NCBI GenBank assembly: GCA_963815195.1
Contig: CAWFGE010000015.1
Location: forward strand, 352,001 to 416,000
Origin: an uncultured Planctomycetaceae bacterium
Lineage (GTDB): Bacteria > Planctomycetota > Planctomycetia > Planctomycetales > Planctomycetaceae
Length of the DNA stretch: 64,000 bases
Direction of reading: 5' to 3'
A program made the translations under genes and the position numbers. Of this stretch, positions 10,173 to 21,326 are shown piece by piece (positions within the stretch are counted from its first letter, which is position 1; every line of letters starts with the position of its first letter). The notes under the pieces were generated by a model. It was not told the DNA's origin, did not search any database, and saw only the letters and a program-made list of their open reading frames with translations.

Positions 10173-11083
10173 TTACACCGCGGACGTGGTTTCGGCGGGC
10201 GAGTGATTGCCGGCGTGGGCCGCGTCGGCCTCTTTGCAGCGCCATTTGCAGGGTCACGGTTTCGATCAAGTCGGTCGCGGATTCCTCCACTTCCAAGACG
10301 AAGCGGTTAATCACGCTGGAGAAATAATTGAAGGCGATAAACGCGGGGATGCCGACGATCAAACCGAAGCAGGTCGTTAACAAGGCGACGCTGATCCCCG
10401 CGGCGGCGGCTTCGACGATATTGGTTTCGCCCAGCTTGGCCACGATGTCGTCGAACGACACGATCATGCCCTGCACCGTGCCCAAAAAACCGAGCATGGG
10501 GGCAACGCTGGAGACGGTTGCGAGAATCGGCAGATGGCGTTCGAGGGCCGCGACGATGTGGATGCTGTAATCGTCCATCGCCTTGACGACTTGCTCCTCG
10601 ATGCGGGCCGCATCGTAATTCAGCCGCCGGAGCACGAGATACTTCCTGAGCCCGGCGCTCAAGATCGCGGGCACGGGGCCTTGTTCCCGGTCGCAGAGGG
10701 CGAGGGCCTCTTCGATTTGATCGTCGGCGAGCAGCTCGTGCACCTGCCGGCGGACGGCCGCGTTGTCGGCGGTGAGGAGTTTCAAACTGCGGTAGCGTTC
10801 GATGATCACGCCGGCGGCGATGATGCCCATGATCAAAATCGGCCACATGAAAAACCCGCCCTCGAGCAACAGCCCGATCGCGCCGGAGTGCAGAATGCCC
10901 TCCACCGGTTTGGCGGCGTCGTCTTTGGCGGCCGGCTTTTCCGCGGGCTGTTCGACGGCTGGTTCCGGCGGAGCGGCTTGGGGTTCGGGCGGGTTTCGCT
11001 TCTCCCGCGGGTTCCTGTGCCAAACCGGCGGAACATGAAAAGGCGAACGTCAATGCGAGTAAACAAACGAGTGGTTTCATCAT
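10173..11083 (-). CDS. exbB: MotA/TolQ/ExbB proton-channel protein (frameshifts near 10995 and 10245)
   Basis: GGFFMWPI, LATVSSVAPMLGFLGTVQGMIVSF and AGISVALLTTCFGLIVGIPAFIAFNYF motifs; the signal peptide MKPLVCLL and the C-tail lie in adjacent frames. Confidence 0.88.
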
Positions 11084-11137
11084 TAATCGGTTGGGCTATA
11101 TTGCGATAATCGGGGTGCGCGAGTTTCAATCAACCGG

Positions 11138-11245
11138 GGCGGACCACCCTGCGGGCGGTGCCCCCCTGCGGGCGGGGTGGGCGACCCCCTGCGGGCGGTG
11201 CCCCCCTGCGGGCGGTGCCCCCCTGCGGGCGGTGCCCCCCTGCGG
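11138..11245. repeat. GC-rich 17-bp tandem repeat (CCCTGCGGGCGGTGCCC)
   Basis: About six full or partial copies, intergenic. Confidence 0.85.
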
Positions 11246-11252
11246 CTGATCC

Positions 11253-14200
11253 TTAGTTGTCATTATCGAGGCTGTTCACCTCGGCTTCGAATTGTTGGAG
11301 CATTTCCGGAAGGGCCAGGCGGCCGCGGGCGTATTTGGCCGCTTCGCTGGCGGGGAAGTCCCAGCGGCAGCGGTTGTAGCGCTGGAACGCCAGGCGGTTG
11401 TTTTTCGCCATGCGGAAACTCTCGCCGGACCAGAACAAGGCGTCCGAACACAGTTCATCGTCCGGGAACCTTTTGGCGAAGCGGTCGAACGCGTCCCCGG
11501 CTAGGGCATAAGTCTTGTCCTTGTAAAAACATTGCCCGATGCGGAACGCGATCCGCGCAGGCGTATTTGTGGCTCTCGAATTTCTCCAAGAACTTCTCGC
11601 CCACCTGGGCCGCGACTTTGAAGTTTTCCTTTTTGTAGAAGTGGTCGCAGATGCGGATCATCACGCTGGCGATCAAGCGGGCTTCGCGGGATAAGTCGCC
11701 GCGAGCGTGACGTAGGCTTCCAAGGCCTGGTCGAAGTCGCCCGCTTCTTCATAGCTTTGGGCCAGCTTGTATTGGGCGTCGGGAGCGAGCGAGTGTTCGG
11801 GATAGCGGCGGATGATGATTCGTAAGAATCGATCGCCTCGTCCCATTGCCCGAGTTCCTGGGCGAACTGTCCCAACAGATACGCCACGCGCGGCGCATAT
11901 TTGGGGCTGGGATAGTCTTCCATCACTTCGCGAAGAATCCGCCGGCCCGCTTCCAGGTCGGCTTTTTCTTCTTCGGATCGGCCCAGCGTCTTATGGCTTT
12001 TGAACAGCTCGAAATAGCTCTCGGCGATGTGGAATTTGGTTTCCACCGCGAGCGTTTCATCGTTGAAGGTCTTGCTGAACGCCGTCACCAGCCCGTCGGT
12101 GCCGATGACCACGGGAATATCCTGCAGGATCGTCAGATTCGCCGGTCTCGGTGCCCGCGGCGGGGTCGGCGTATTTCACATGCAGCGTATCGCCGAAGTA
12201 GCATTCGATGGCAGGCTCCGCCGGGTCGAATTGTTGGGCTTGGGCTCTGCGTTGGATTTCAAAGTCAGCGATCCGGAAAACTGCCCGCTGTGGGCGAGCG
12301 TTTCCTCGAGTTTGACGGATTCCTTTTCACCGAATTCGGAGGTGATTTCCACGGTCACGGTGTCGCGGTCGTCGGTGCGGTCTTGGTCGGCATCGGCCAC
12401 AAGCAGAAACAACTTCTCGCCGACGTGCACGCGTTCGATCTTGTTGTCGTAATTGCGATCGGTGCACGCGAGGACGCCGTTGGTCACCAACCGGCCCGTG
12501 GAAGTCAGATTTGTCGCCGGCCCGCTGCTGCGGAGCTTGTCGGCATAAGTCGCCGTGACCACGTCCTTGCCGGCGATGATTCAAGACCCGCGTGACGAGG
12601 TTGCGGTTCAACGGCGGAGGCGGTGTTTTTTTCCTCGGCGTCGGGATCGAACGGTTCGCCGAGAGGTTCCGGGGCATGTCGATCGTGACGGGCACCAAGG
12701 AGGTGCTGTTTTTGCTGCCGAGCTGCATGACGACCTGCCCCATGAACCGCCCTTCGGCGAGAGCCCAATTCTGAACGCCCGCGGGGGCCGGGTTCTGCGA
12801 GAAGGCCGGCGAAATGTCGCATCGCACCGCGACGTCGGCCCCATCGGTGGTTTTGAGGTTCACCGTGACGGAACTGCGGCGTCCTTGGCGGCGTCGGGGT
12901 CGATGACTTCCATGGTCAACGGGGCTTCAAACGCCACGCTGGCTCTGCTTTGCGGTTTCATCATTCGGCAGATACACGGTGCGAGCGGGGGTTTTGGTCT
13001 CGGGGTCGGCGGGGATTGTGCGGGTCTCCAGAATCCGCACCCGCCCGTCGGCCGGCTGGTTGACATACACGACGGCTTCACGGGCCACCGCATGGCCGGG
13101 GAAGGTGTTCTGCAGATCGAGATACCGCAGGAACACCTGGTCGCCCTTTCGCACGGTCAGCTTGCCTTCTTCCTGGCCGGGGGTGGTGTCGATTTCCTTG
13201 GTGAAGGTGCCGGAGTAGTTGTCGTTCTCGGTCGCTTCCAGGAAGACCGGTTCGCCGTCGTTGACGATGACTTCAAACGGGACCGTGTCCGGCTTGTTGG
13301 ATTGATCGCGGTCGTAGTCCACGATCTCGACGATGATCCGCTCGCCGGGATCGATCCGCATGAGTTCCTTGCGGGTCCGGTTAACGCCCCCGCCAGAGAG
13401 CCGCTCGAAGTCGTACGCGATCGGCGAGACGACGGCGTTGTAATAGGTCGCGGTGAGTTCGCGGGTGAGCAGCCGGCTGGCTCCGCTTTGCAGTTGGGTG
13501 AACTCGTCGGTGTAGGTCGCTTCGACCATGTCGCCGCCGGCGATTTCGAGGGTGGTGTTGTTGGCGAGCGAGAGCACATCCGCCTTAGTGGGGATGTAGA
13601 ACAGCCCGGGTTCGGTGCCGCCGATCTCGACGTTGTTGACCGCGACCGCTTCGCCCAAGTACTCATCGATCACAAAGCGAACATACCGCAGATCGTGCGG
13701 GGCGAAGGTAAAGTTCCATTCGGTTTCGCTGAGTTCCGCCTGGGCCGGTTCGCGGGCGATCGCGGGCTTCGCGGTGGGGGCGGTCAGGTCGAAGTCGGAT
13801 TTCTGGAAGGGAATCAGATTGACTTGGGCCGAGTTGTGATCCGCGCGGGCGATGCGGGCCGAGACAGTCTGATTGGCCGCGGACGTGGCGGCGAAGATCG
13901 TCAAATCGTGCGTGCCCTGGTCGAGCCAAACATCGGCCGTGCGGTTGCCCGGTCCGACGTTCAATTGCAGGATGCCGTCGATCGCGAGCGCCGTCGTGGT
14001 GGCCGAGATCGAAATCCGCGCGGCCCCCGGGCGAGGCTGCACCAGCTTGCCGAACCACACCGCGGCGAACGGCGTCTTTTCGTTTTTCTGCTCGGTCTCG
14101 TTGTCCTCGGCGGCCGGCTCGGGCAGCGTGTAGGAGAGTTCGCTCGCCGGGCTCTCGGCGTCGGGTTGGCTGTTTTTGACGAGGTTGACGACCTGGTCCC

Positions 14201-17200
14201 AATTGGAAAACCGCCAGCGGTTGCCGCGGTAGATCCGCTGGGTCATCCGCCCGTAGTCTTCCGCCACGGGCTCGGCTTTAGGCAAGGGCGGATTGCTCGC
14301 GAGCGGGAACCAGAACCGGCCGTCGTCGCTGCCCAACAGCTGCCCGCGGACAAACGCCCGCCGATCGGGTTCCGGCGTGGACAACTTGATCCGCGCAACT
14401 CGCTTGAGGTCTTTCATGTCGATGGTGAGCGACTTGGGCGTGGCCCCGTCGGGCTCGCAGAGCCAAAAGGTCGTTTTGTCCTGATCGATCGCCATCAGCG
14501 GGCTGTGCTCGATCGCGGTGTCGCTGGCAAGGGCTCCCGCCGGCAGTTCGCCGGTCTGGGCCGTGCCTTCGAACACGCCGGTGTGGGTCCCCGTCTCGGT
14601 GAGCTTGACCTGCACCTGGTCGCCGCTTTCGGCCGCGAGCTTGACGATGACTTCATCCGCCTTCGGGCCCAGGTCGCGGTCGGCATCTTTCACGCGGAGG
14701 TAGACGAGGTTCCCCGGCTTGATCTGGTTGGCCGGGCGGAACTGCGACACCCGCTGGTCCTCATCCTCGGCATTGGCTTCGTTCTGCAATTGCGTGGTGA
14801 TGGTCTGCTCTTTCGCGTCCACAATCAGGCTGCTCGAAATCTCAAACTCGCCGTCCGAGGCGATGCGGATATCCACATCCGAAAGCGGCACGCGGTGGAA
14901 CTCTTTTTTGAAGTCGTCGGGGTAATCGCATTTGATCGTCTCCCGCCCCGTGAGCTGCAAGACCCCGTCGCGCGGCACGACATCGCCCAGGCGGGTATCC
15001 AAATCGGCCCGGAACAAGCCTTTGCCCGCGCCGCCGCTGGTGAGTTTGACTTCTTCCACATCGCCGCCGGGCAGCGTGGTGACGATCACGCGGATCTCGC
15101 TGCGGCCGCGGCTGATGCCCAGGTCGCTGTCTTGCACGACGATCGAGAGCGCCTGCCCCGGGCTATGCCAGCGTTTGCTCCGCCGGCCCAATCGGCCCAC
15201 GGTCCGGAGCAGATTCAACTGATCGATATAGCGTTCCTCGTCGCCGAAGACTTCCGCGAGATTAAACAGCGCCCGGTTCGCAAGTTCGATGTCGGGCACG
15301 CGCTCGAGAACGCCGCGGAAGATGTCGCGGGCTTCGTCGCGGTCGCCCCGGCGATGGGCGAGGACGCCCCGCAGAAACTCCGCCCGCACGACGACGTTCG
15401 CGTCCCGGCTGCCCGCGAGCTTCTCGAACACGACCTCCGCCTGGTCGAAGACTTTTTGCTCCATCAACGTTTCGCCGATGCCGAACTCCGCTTCGAGGGC
15501 CTGCGGCGTTTCGGGATAGCGGTTGAGGACCGTGGTGAACTCGCTGCGGGCCACATCGTACCTTTGGGCCTTCGCGAAGTTCCGCGCGAGGAGCAGTTGC
15601 ACCTTGGCTTTCGTTTTGTCGTCATACTGCTTGGCTTCGCTGTGCTTGATGATCCACGCCCGCAGGATGTCTTCCACGCGCTCGAAGTTCTCGTCCCCGC
15701 CCGCGGCCATGTGGCTTTCGCAAATGAACAACAAGAGATCGACCGGCACTTCCTCGCGGTGCTCGTCGAACAGCTTCTTGTTCTGAAGATAGGTTTCGTA
15801 AGCGATTCGCTTATCGCCCAACCGCAAATAGAGCGCGGCCTGGAGCAGCGGGGCGATCTCGCTTTCGCTGTCGATCGTCAAACCCACCGCTCCCATGCGG
15901 GAATAACTCTGGGCGACCATCTGCCGGCCCGTTTGCTTGCGGCTTGGATCGGCGCCGGGAATGTTTTCGAGCATCCCCGAGAGCAGCGTGGCCGCGACGA
16001 GATAGTCGTCCCGGCTGAGGGCCGCATCGACATACGGCCGAATCCGGTCCCAATCGTAAGAGCCGTCGTCCACCATACAGGTCGCCGTCTGATAGGCGAT
16101 CAACCGCTCGACGGGCGGGCGTTTGTCCGCGGGCTCCAATTCCAACAGCGCCAACCGCGCGGCGGCGGAAGCGCGGACGATGTCCAAATCCTCGACGACG
16201 GAGAACACCTTTTGTTTTTGCTCCGGCGTGGCGTCTTCCTTCGCGCGGATTTGATCGACCCATTGCTGCGGCGGGTACTCTTCCATGCCCCAGGTGCGGA
16301 AGGGGCGTTCGTTCTGAAGGGCCCGGCTCTTCTGGAGCGTCTGCTCGAACGCGTCCCATTGCCCGGCCGCGTAATATTCGTTGGCGAGCCACATCGCATA
16401 CGTGCCGTGGTAGTCGGTGGGCGTCTTCAAGAGGTTTTGGAGGAACGAAATTCTCGCCGGCCCTTCGAGCGGTTTTAAAAGCCGCTCGGCACAACTCCGC
16501 GCATCGTTGTGGCCGGGATCCATCTCCAAATGCGACCGCCAATAGTCGGCGGCCTCTTTTTCCATGCCGTACTTCGCCAGCACATCGCCGATGTAATACG
16601 CATAGCCCAACTGCCGGCTGTGCTTTTGCTCGGCCTTTTGGATCCAGGCGAGGGCCTTCTTCGCGAGGTCGGCGTTTTTCTCTTCTTCCTTCGTGAAGTC
16701 CGCCGTGAGCATCACCCGCCGGAGCAAATCGTAATAGGCGGTGGGCGGATCGAATTTCATCAAATGCAATGCCGCTTCCTGGGCGAGTTCCTTGGGGCCG
16801 TAATCGGTCGCGGCTTGGAGGTAATCGAGCGCGGCCTGCTCATCCTGCGGGAAGCGCTTGATCATGCGGGCATAGATCGCGGACGTCTGCGACCGCTGAT
16901 TGCCCGGCCCATAGTGCCGATAGTAATAAGCCTGCGAAGACAGCAGCTGCCGGGCCGCGTCGTCGCTGAGCCCGTTGAACGTCGCCGGTTGCAAAAGTCG
17001 TTCTCGCGACTGGGCGGCTTGGGCGCTCGACGTGCTCGCGGAAGCGGCGGCCCAGTCCTGGAAGTATTGGTCGGCGTCTTGTTTGTCGGCGGCGGCTTTG
17101 GCGAAATCGGCATGGGCTTTGAGGTTCTTGTCCCGCCGGGCCGACTTGGCCCACGCCTCGAGCATGTTGCGGAAACTGGAGAGATGAATGTAGTCCCGCC

Positions 17201-18593
17201 GGGCTTTGAGGATCGCCGCGACATCCGCCTGGAACTCCGGCTCGGTCTGGGCGTTCGACAACAGCCAGCTCACCGCGTTCTGCGTGTAGCCGTCGTTCGT
17301 GGGCGACTTGGTGATGAGTTCCAACAGCGTCTGCCGGGTCTTGGCGGGGTCTTTCATGCGGTCCCGCTGGACTTCAAACGCCAGCACATAACGCAGGTAG
17401 TTCGCGTCTTCCGGCAGCTTGGCCTGGCCGACGGCGGCTTTCAGAGTTTGCTCGATGCCGGGATAGGTTTTCTCATCGGTGGCGCTCAGGCGGACCCACT
17501 GCGACGCGTTACTGTTCTCGCGCGGAGCCGTCGGCAAGAGGGCCTTGAGTTGATTGAGTCCGCTGGCTTTCTCGCCGGCGTTTTCGCTTCGCAGAGAGAC
17601 CCACGCCAGGTGACTTTGAGCCGTGAAGCGGTCGTTTCGCTTGGGATACTTCTGGACATAATCCGCGACGACCGGGGCGAGTTCCGCGGGCTTGGTCGCG
17701 GTGTTCTGGTACATGGCCTGGATCAACTGCATGTGCACGTCGGGCGTGGCCCGAAGCTGATGGGCCGCACGGAAGCTGGCGACGGCGTTCGACCATTGGC
17801 CGAGGTTCCGGTAGTTCTCGCCCATGTAATAATGCAGTTGCCGCTGGCGTTCGGGATCGAGCGGGAGCTTTTTCGCGAGCATGCGGTTGCCGGTGAGGTT
17901 GCTCTTGGCCCATTCGCCGCCCCGCCGCCATTGATGAAACCCCTGCCAACTCGTCTCCGCGAGGTAAGAGCCGGCGGGCAGTTTTTCCAGAAGCAGATCG
18001 GCGAGTTCGGCGGCTTTTGTGTAGTCGGCTTTGTTGTTGAGCCCTTGATACTGCCGGATCGCGAGTTCCGCGTGCTTTTTGCCGATGTCGCTGGCGGGCT
18101 GGCGGAGAGCGATCGCGCGGTGGGCGTCGGCGGAGGCCCGGCGGTCGGGCATTTGATCGAGCGTCTTCGCGAGGCGGATTTCAATCGCCGGAACTTGCGG
18201 AGCGTTCGGGTAGCGGTCCAAGAACTGCCGGCAGGCGGCGGTCATATCGGCGTTTCGCGACGTCGCTTCCAGGCCGTCGATGTACTGGAGCATCACGGCC
18301 GCGTGCCGTTTGTCCGTGGGGTGCGAACTCACGAACCGCTGGGCGATGCGGACCAATCCGAACACCCGCCCGTGCTGATGATAGAGACCTGAGAGCTTGA
18401 CCATCACATCGGCCGCGACGGGATCGGTGTCTTTATATTTGCCGAGCTCCCCTTCCAGCCGGGATGCTTCCTGGTTGATCTGGTCCACGGCGGCTTTGGC
18501 GTTCGCCGCATCGTCCTGACCGAAAACCGGAGCGGCGAGCAGCGATAAACACAGGAGGGGGAGGAAGAAATCTTTCATGATGGGATGACTCAT
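11253..18593 (-). CDS. Giant secreted TPR protein with Ig-like repeats (about 2,400 aa; several frameshifts between 11450 and 12930)
   Basis: The 1888-aa ORF (signal peptide, TPRs) continues through ORFs 12327-12863, 12176-12562, 11501-12112, 11455-11676 and 11253-11438, ending in TPRs (APDAQYKLAQSYEEAG, ALFWSGESFR). Confidence 0.8.
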
Positions 18594-18614
18594 CGAAAGT
18601 TGATAAGCTGAGAA

Positions 18615-18710
18615 GCGATTGCTGTCGCCGCTTCGCGGCTTATTGGATTTTGGGGGTCCGGGTTCTGCGGGCTGACGCCCGCAGCGATCTGCTGTCGCCG
18701 CTTCGCGGCT
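18615..18710. repeat. REP-like element (TGCTGTCGCCGCTTCGCGGCT twice with internal hairpin)
   Basis: Direct copies ending at 18640 and 18710; hairpin CTGCGGGC-TGAC-GCCCGCAG; related copies at 25250-25326. Confidence 0.75.
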
Positions 18711-18712
18711 AT

Positions 18713-21118
18713 TTAATTGCCCGCCTTCGCCAGCGCGTCGGAGATTTTCTTGGCGTCCGGGGCGAGGGGGCTTTCGGGGTAGTCGGCGATGAGCTGGTCG
18801 AACCGCAGCCGGGCCTGGTCCCGGCGGTTCATGCGGTACAGGCAGCGGCCGTAGTTGAACAAAATCACGTCCAGGAATTTCGCGTCAGGATGATTGGCGA
18901 GCACGGTTTCAAACGTGTCGATGGCCCGGCTGAAGTCTTTCTGCTGGTAGTAATAGTTTGCCATCTTCGCGACCGCTTCGCCGACGCGGCCACTTTCGGG
19001 GAACTGCTCGTAGACTTTTTGATATTCCTGAAACGCCCGGTCGTAAAGCTGCGAGGAATTGTTGGCCGGGGCATCGACGGCCATTTGCTCGTAGCATTGG
19101 GCGATGCCGAACTGGGCTTCGCCGCGAAGTTGGCTGTCCTTCATGTTGACGAGCCGGGTATAAATGCCAATGGCCCGGCGGAGGTTGTTCTGTTTCCGCG
19201 CGACGTCGGCCAACTGCAACAGGGCATCGTCCACGAAGCCGCTGTTGGGGAACTCGCGCTCGAGCCGCTCGGCCATCGCCGCGGCGAGTTCCAGGCGGTC
19301 CATCTGGAAATAGATCTGCCAAAGCTGCACGTAAGATTGCTCGAGCAGCGTCCCGCCCAAGGCCCGCGCGTCCCGCATCACATCTTCGCAGATGGAGAGG
19401 GCCTGCCGATACTTGGCGTCGGCGTTGTCTTTGAGGCCGAACTCTTTGTAGCGGTTGCCGATGTTGGTGAGGGCGTTCGCACTTTTGAGGGCGGTCTGGA
19501 TTCGCAGTTCCTGGTCGTTGATCACCGCCCGCGTCACGCGGACGTTGCTGAGGTCGCCTTCGATCGCGCGGGCCTCGGCCTGAGCCTGTCGCACGCCTTC
19601 GCCGGTATTCTTCTCATCGAGATAGGTCACGCGGATCACATCCCCGGACACGGCTTGCAGCATGTCATCATTCGCCACGGCAGTTTCCAATTTCGCCAAC
19701 GGCACGCTCGCGCGGAACACGCCGGTGTGGACTGAATCGTCCTTCGACTGGGCGGCGGGCGGGTCGGACTTCTTTGAAGACTCGGCCTCTCCGCCCGGTT
19801 TGGATTTCGCTTCGCTGTTATTGGGATTGCCAGCTTCGGTTGCTTCTGCTTTCGGTTCGGCTTTGTCTGCTCGAGGGCCAACCGCGGCGTCTTCCAAACC
19901 AAAGCGGCGTTCCTGGATTTGGGCTTCCGTGAGCACGACTTCCACGCGGTCCACGAGCTTGAATTTGTCCTGCTCGGTTTTTTCCGCCGCGGCTTCTTCG
20001 GCCGTTTTTGGCGTTTCGCCTTCCTTGACCGCGGCATCGACCAGCTCGGCTTGGAGTTCCGCTTCGGTTTTGCGGCGGTAGACTTCCACGACGGCTTTGA
20101 TCACGTCGGCTTTGGGGGTCAAATCGCGGTCGGGATCGGTGATCTGAATGTTGACGACTTTCCCCAACACCGCCCCGCCGATGGCTTCGCTGTAGGCTCC
20201 ATCCGTCACCGCGGCGAGGGCGTCACCCACCACGGTCGCGTCGAAACTCACCGGCTGATCGAACTTGCGGTCCGCGGTGTGCTTGTCGATATACGTGACT
20301 TTGACCTTGTCGTCGCCTTTGACTTCGAGCGTGCCGTTGTAGGACGCGGGCGTTCCCAGCCGGGTGACGATGCTCCCGAGCACGATCCGCACGTTCCGGC
20401 CGACGGGATAACATTTGACGGTCTCGGTGTCGCCGCTGGTGGTTTCGCATTGGACCTCGACGGCTTCGCCCGGCTCCAGGACGGCGAGGTCGGCGTCTTC
20501 GATCTTGACGAAGAAGCGTTTGCCGGCTTCGATCTTGTCGACGCGGCTGTCGTCGGCCGAGAGGGTGGTGCCGACTTTCTCCAAAGCCGCGATGGCCCGG
20601 CTGTAGTGCCCCAACTGAAAATGCCCCAGGCCGATGTAATAGTAGGCTTCGTTGACGTGTTTTGAGACGGGAAACTTCTCGATCACGTCCCGCATCACCT
20701 GGAAGCATTTGCCGTAGTTGTGGGCGTGATAGAAACAGGTGCCGATTTTGAGCGTGGCCTGGGCCCTTTGGTCTTCGTCGCGGTTCTCTTCCGAAGCGAT
20801 GGCTTCGAACTGGGCGCGGGCCCGGTCGTAAGCCCGCTCGCGGTCCAGAAAATAATTCCCCAGCCGCATGTGCGCTTCAAAGCGGACCCGGCTGCGGGGA
20901 TAGCGCTCGATGACCGACTGCCAGATCTCGACGGCCTTTTTGGTTTCCTCGGCTTCGATGCGGGCATCGCCGGCTTCGATCAGTTTTTTCGCCGCCCGGT
21001 CTTCCACCAGCGATCCGCGAAGCGGAGCCGGGGCCGGGGAATCCTGTGCGAAAGTTCGAGAGCCCACAGCAGCCAGGGGAAGGATGACAGCGGCGGCGAT
21101 CAGAAAGGATTTGCGCAT
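18713..21118 (-). CDS. Secreted TPR (BamD/CpoB-like) protein with Ig-like repeats
   Basis: Signal peptide MRKSFLIAAAVILPLAA; N- and C-terminal TPRs (EAYYYIGLGHFQLGHYSRAI, EAQFGIAQCY). The ORF-track extension to 21220 runs into a REP. Confidence 0.85.
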   Translation of the reverse strand: MRKSFLIAAAVILPLAAVGSRTFAQDSPAPAPLRGSLVEDRAAKKLIEAGDARIEAEETKKAVEIWQSVIERYPRSRVRFEAHMRLGNYFLDRERAYDRARAQFEAIASEENRDEDQRAQATLKIGTCFYHAHNYGKCFQVMRDVIEKFPVSKHVNEAYYYIGLGHFQLGHYSRAIAALEKVGTTLSADDSRVDKIEAGKRFFVKIEDADLAVLEPGEAVEVQCETTSGDTETVKCYPVGRNVRIVLGSIVTRLGTPASYNGTLEVKGDDKVKVTYIDKHTADRKFDQPVSFDATVVGDALAAVTDGAYSEAIGGAVLGKVVNIQITDPDRDLTPKADVIKAVVEVYRRKTEAELQAELVDAAVKEGETPKTAEEAAAEKTEQDKFKLVDRVEVVLTEAQIQERRFGLEDAAVGPRADKAEPKAEATEAGNPNNSEAKSKPGGEAESSKKSDPPAAQSKDDSVHTGVFRASVPLAKLETAVANDDMLQAVSGDVIRVTYLDEKNTGEGVRQAQAEARAIEGDLSNVRVTRAVINDQELRIQTALKSANALTNIGNRYKEFGLKDNADAKYRQALSICEDVMRDARALGGTLLEQSYVQLWQIYFQMDRLELAAAMAERLEREFPNSGFVDDALLQLADVARKQNNLRRAIGIYTRLVNMKDSQLRGEAQFGIAQCYEQMAVDAPANNSSQLYDRAFQEYQKVYEQFPESGRVGEAVAKMANYYYQQKDFSRAIDTFETVLANHPDAKFLDVILFNYGRCLYRMNRRDQARLRFDQLIADYPESPLAPDAKKISDALAKAGN

Positions 21119-21197
21119 GAAAGAGTTGTCACAAAGGAAGGCACCAAACGGGGCCGCATCCTGCGAGTGTTCCAAGCGCATCCTGACGCTGTTTTCT

Positions 21198-21257
21198 GTA
21201 GGGTCCGCTGTGCGGACCAAAAATAACGATTCCCATCGAACAAATGGTCCGCACAGC
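21198..21257. repeat. GTAG-type REP pair (variant F)
   Basis: GTAG-GGTCCGC-TGT-GCGGACC at 21198-21218; truncated inverted partner GGTCCGCACAGC at 21246-21257. Confidence 0.8.
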
Positions 21258-21326
21258 TATCTTTTCTAATCAATAGGCCGGGGTGGATGCTATTGATCGA
21301 CCCCGGCCTGGGAAATCTTTTCAATC

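Noticed and set aside
12555..18392. Long plus-strand ORFs (1307 aa and 627 aa)
   Set aside because: Antisense shadows of the giant TPR gene, expected in GC-rich DNA; no recognisable motifs.
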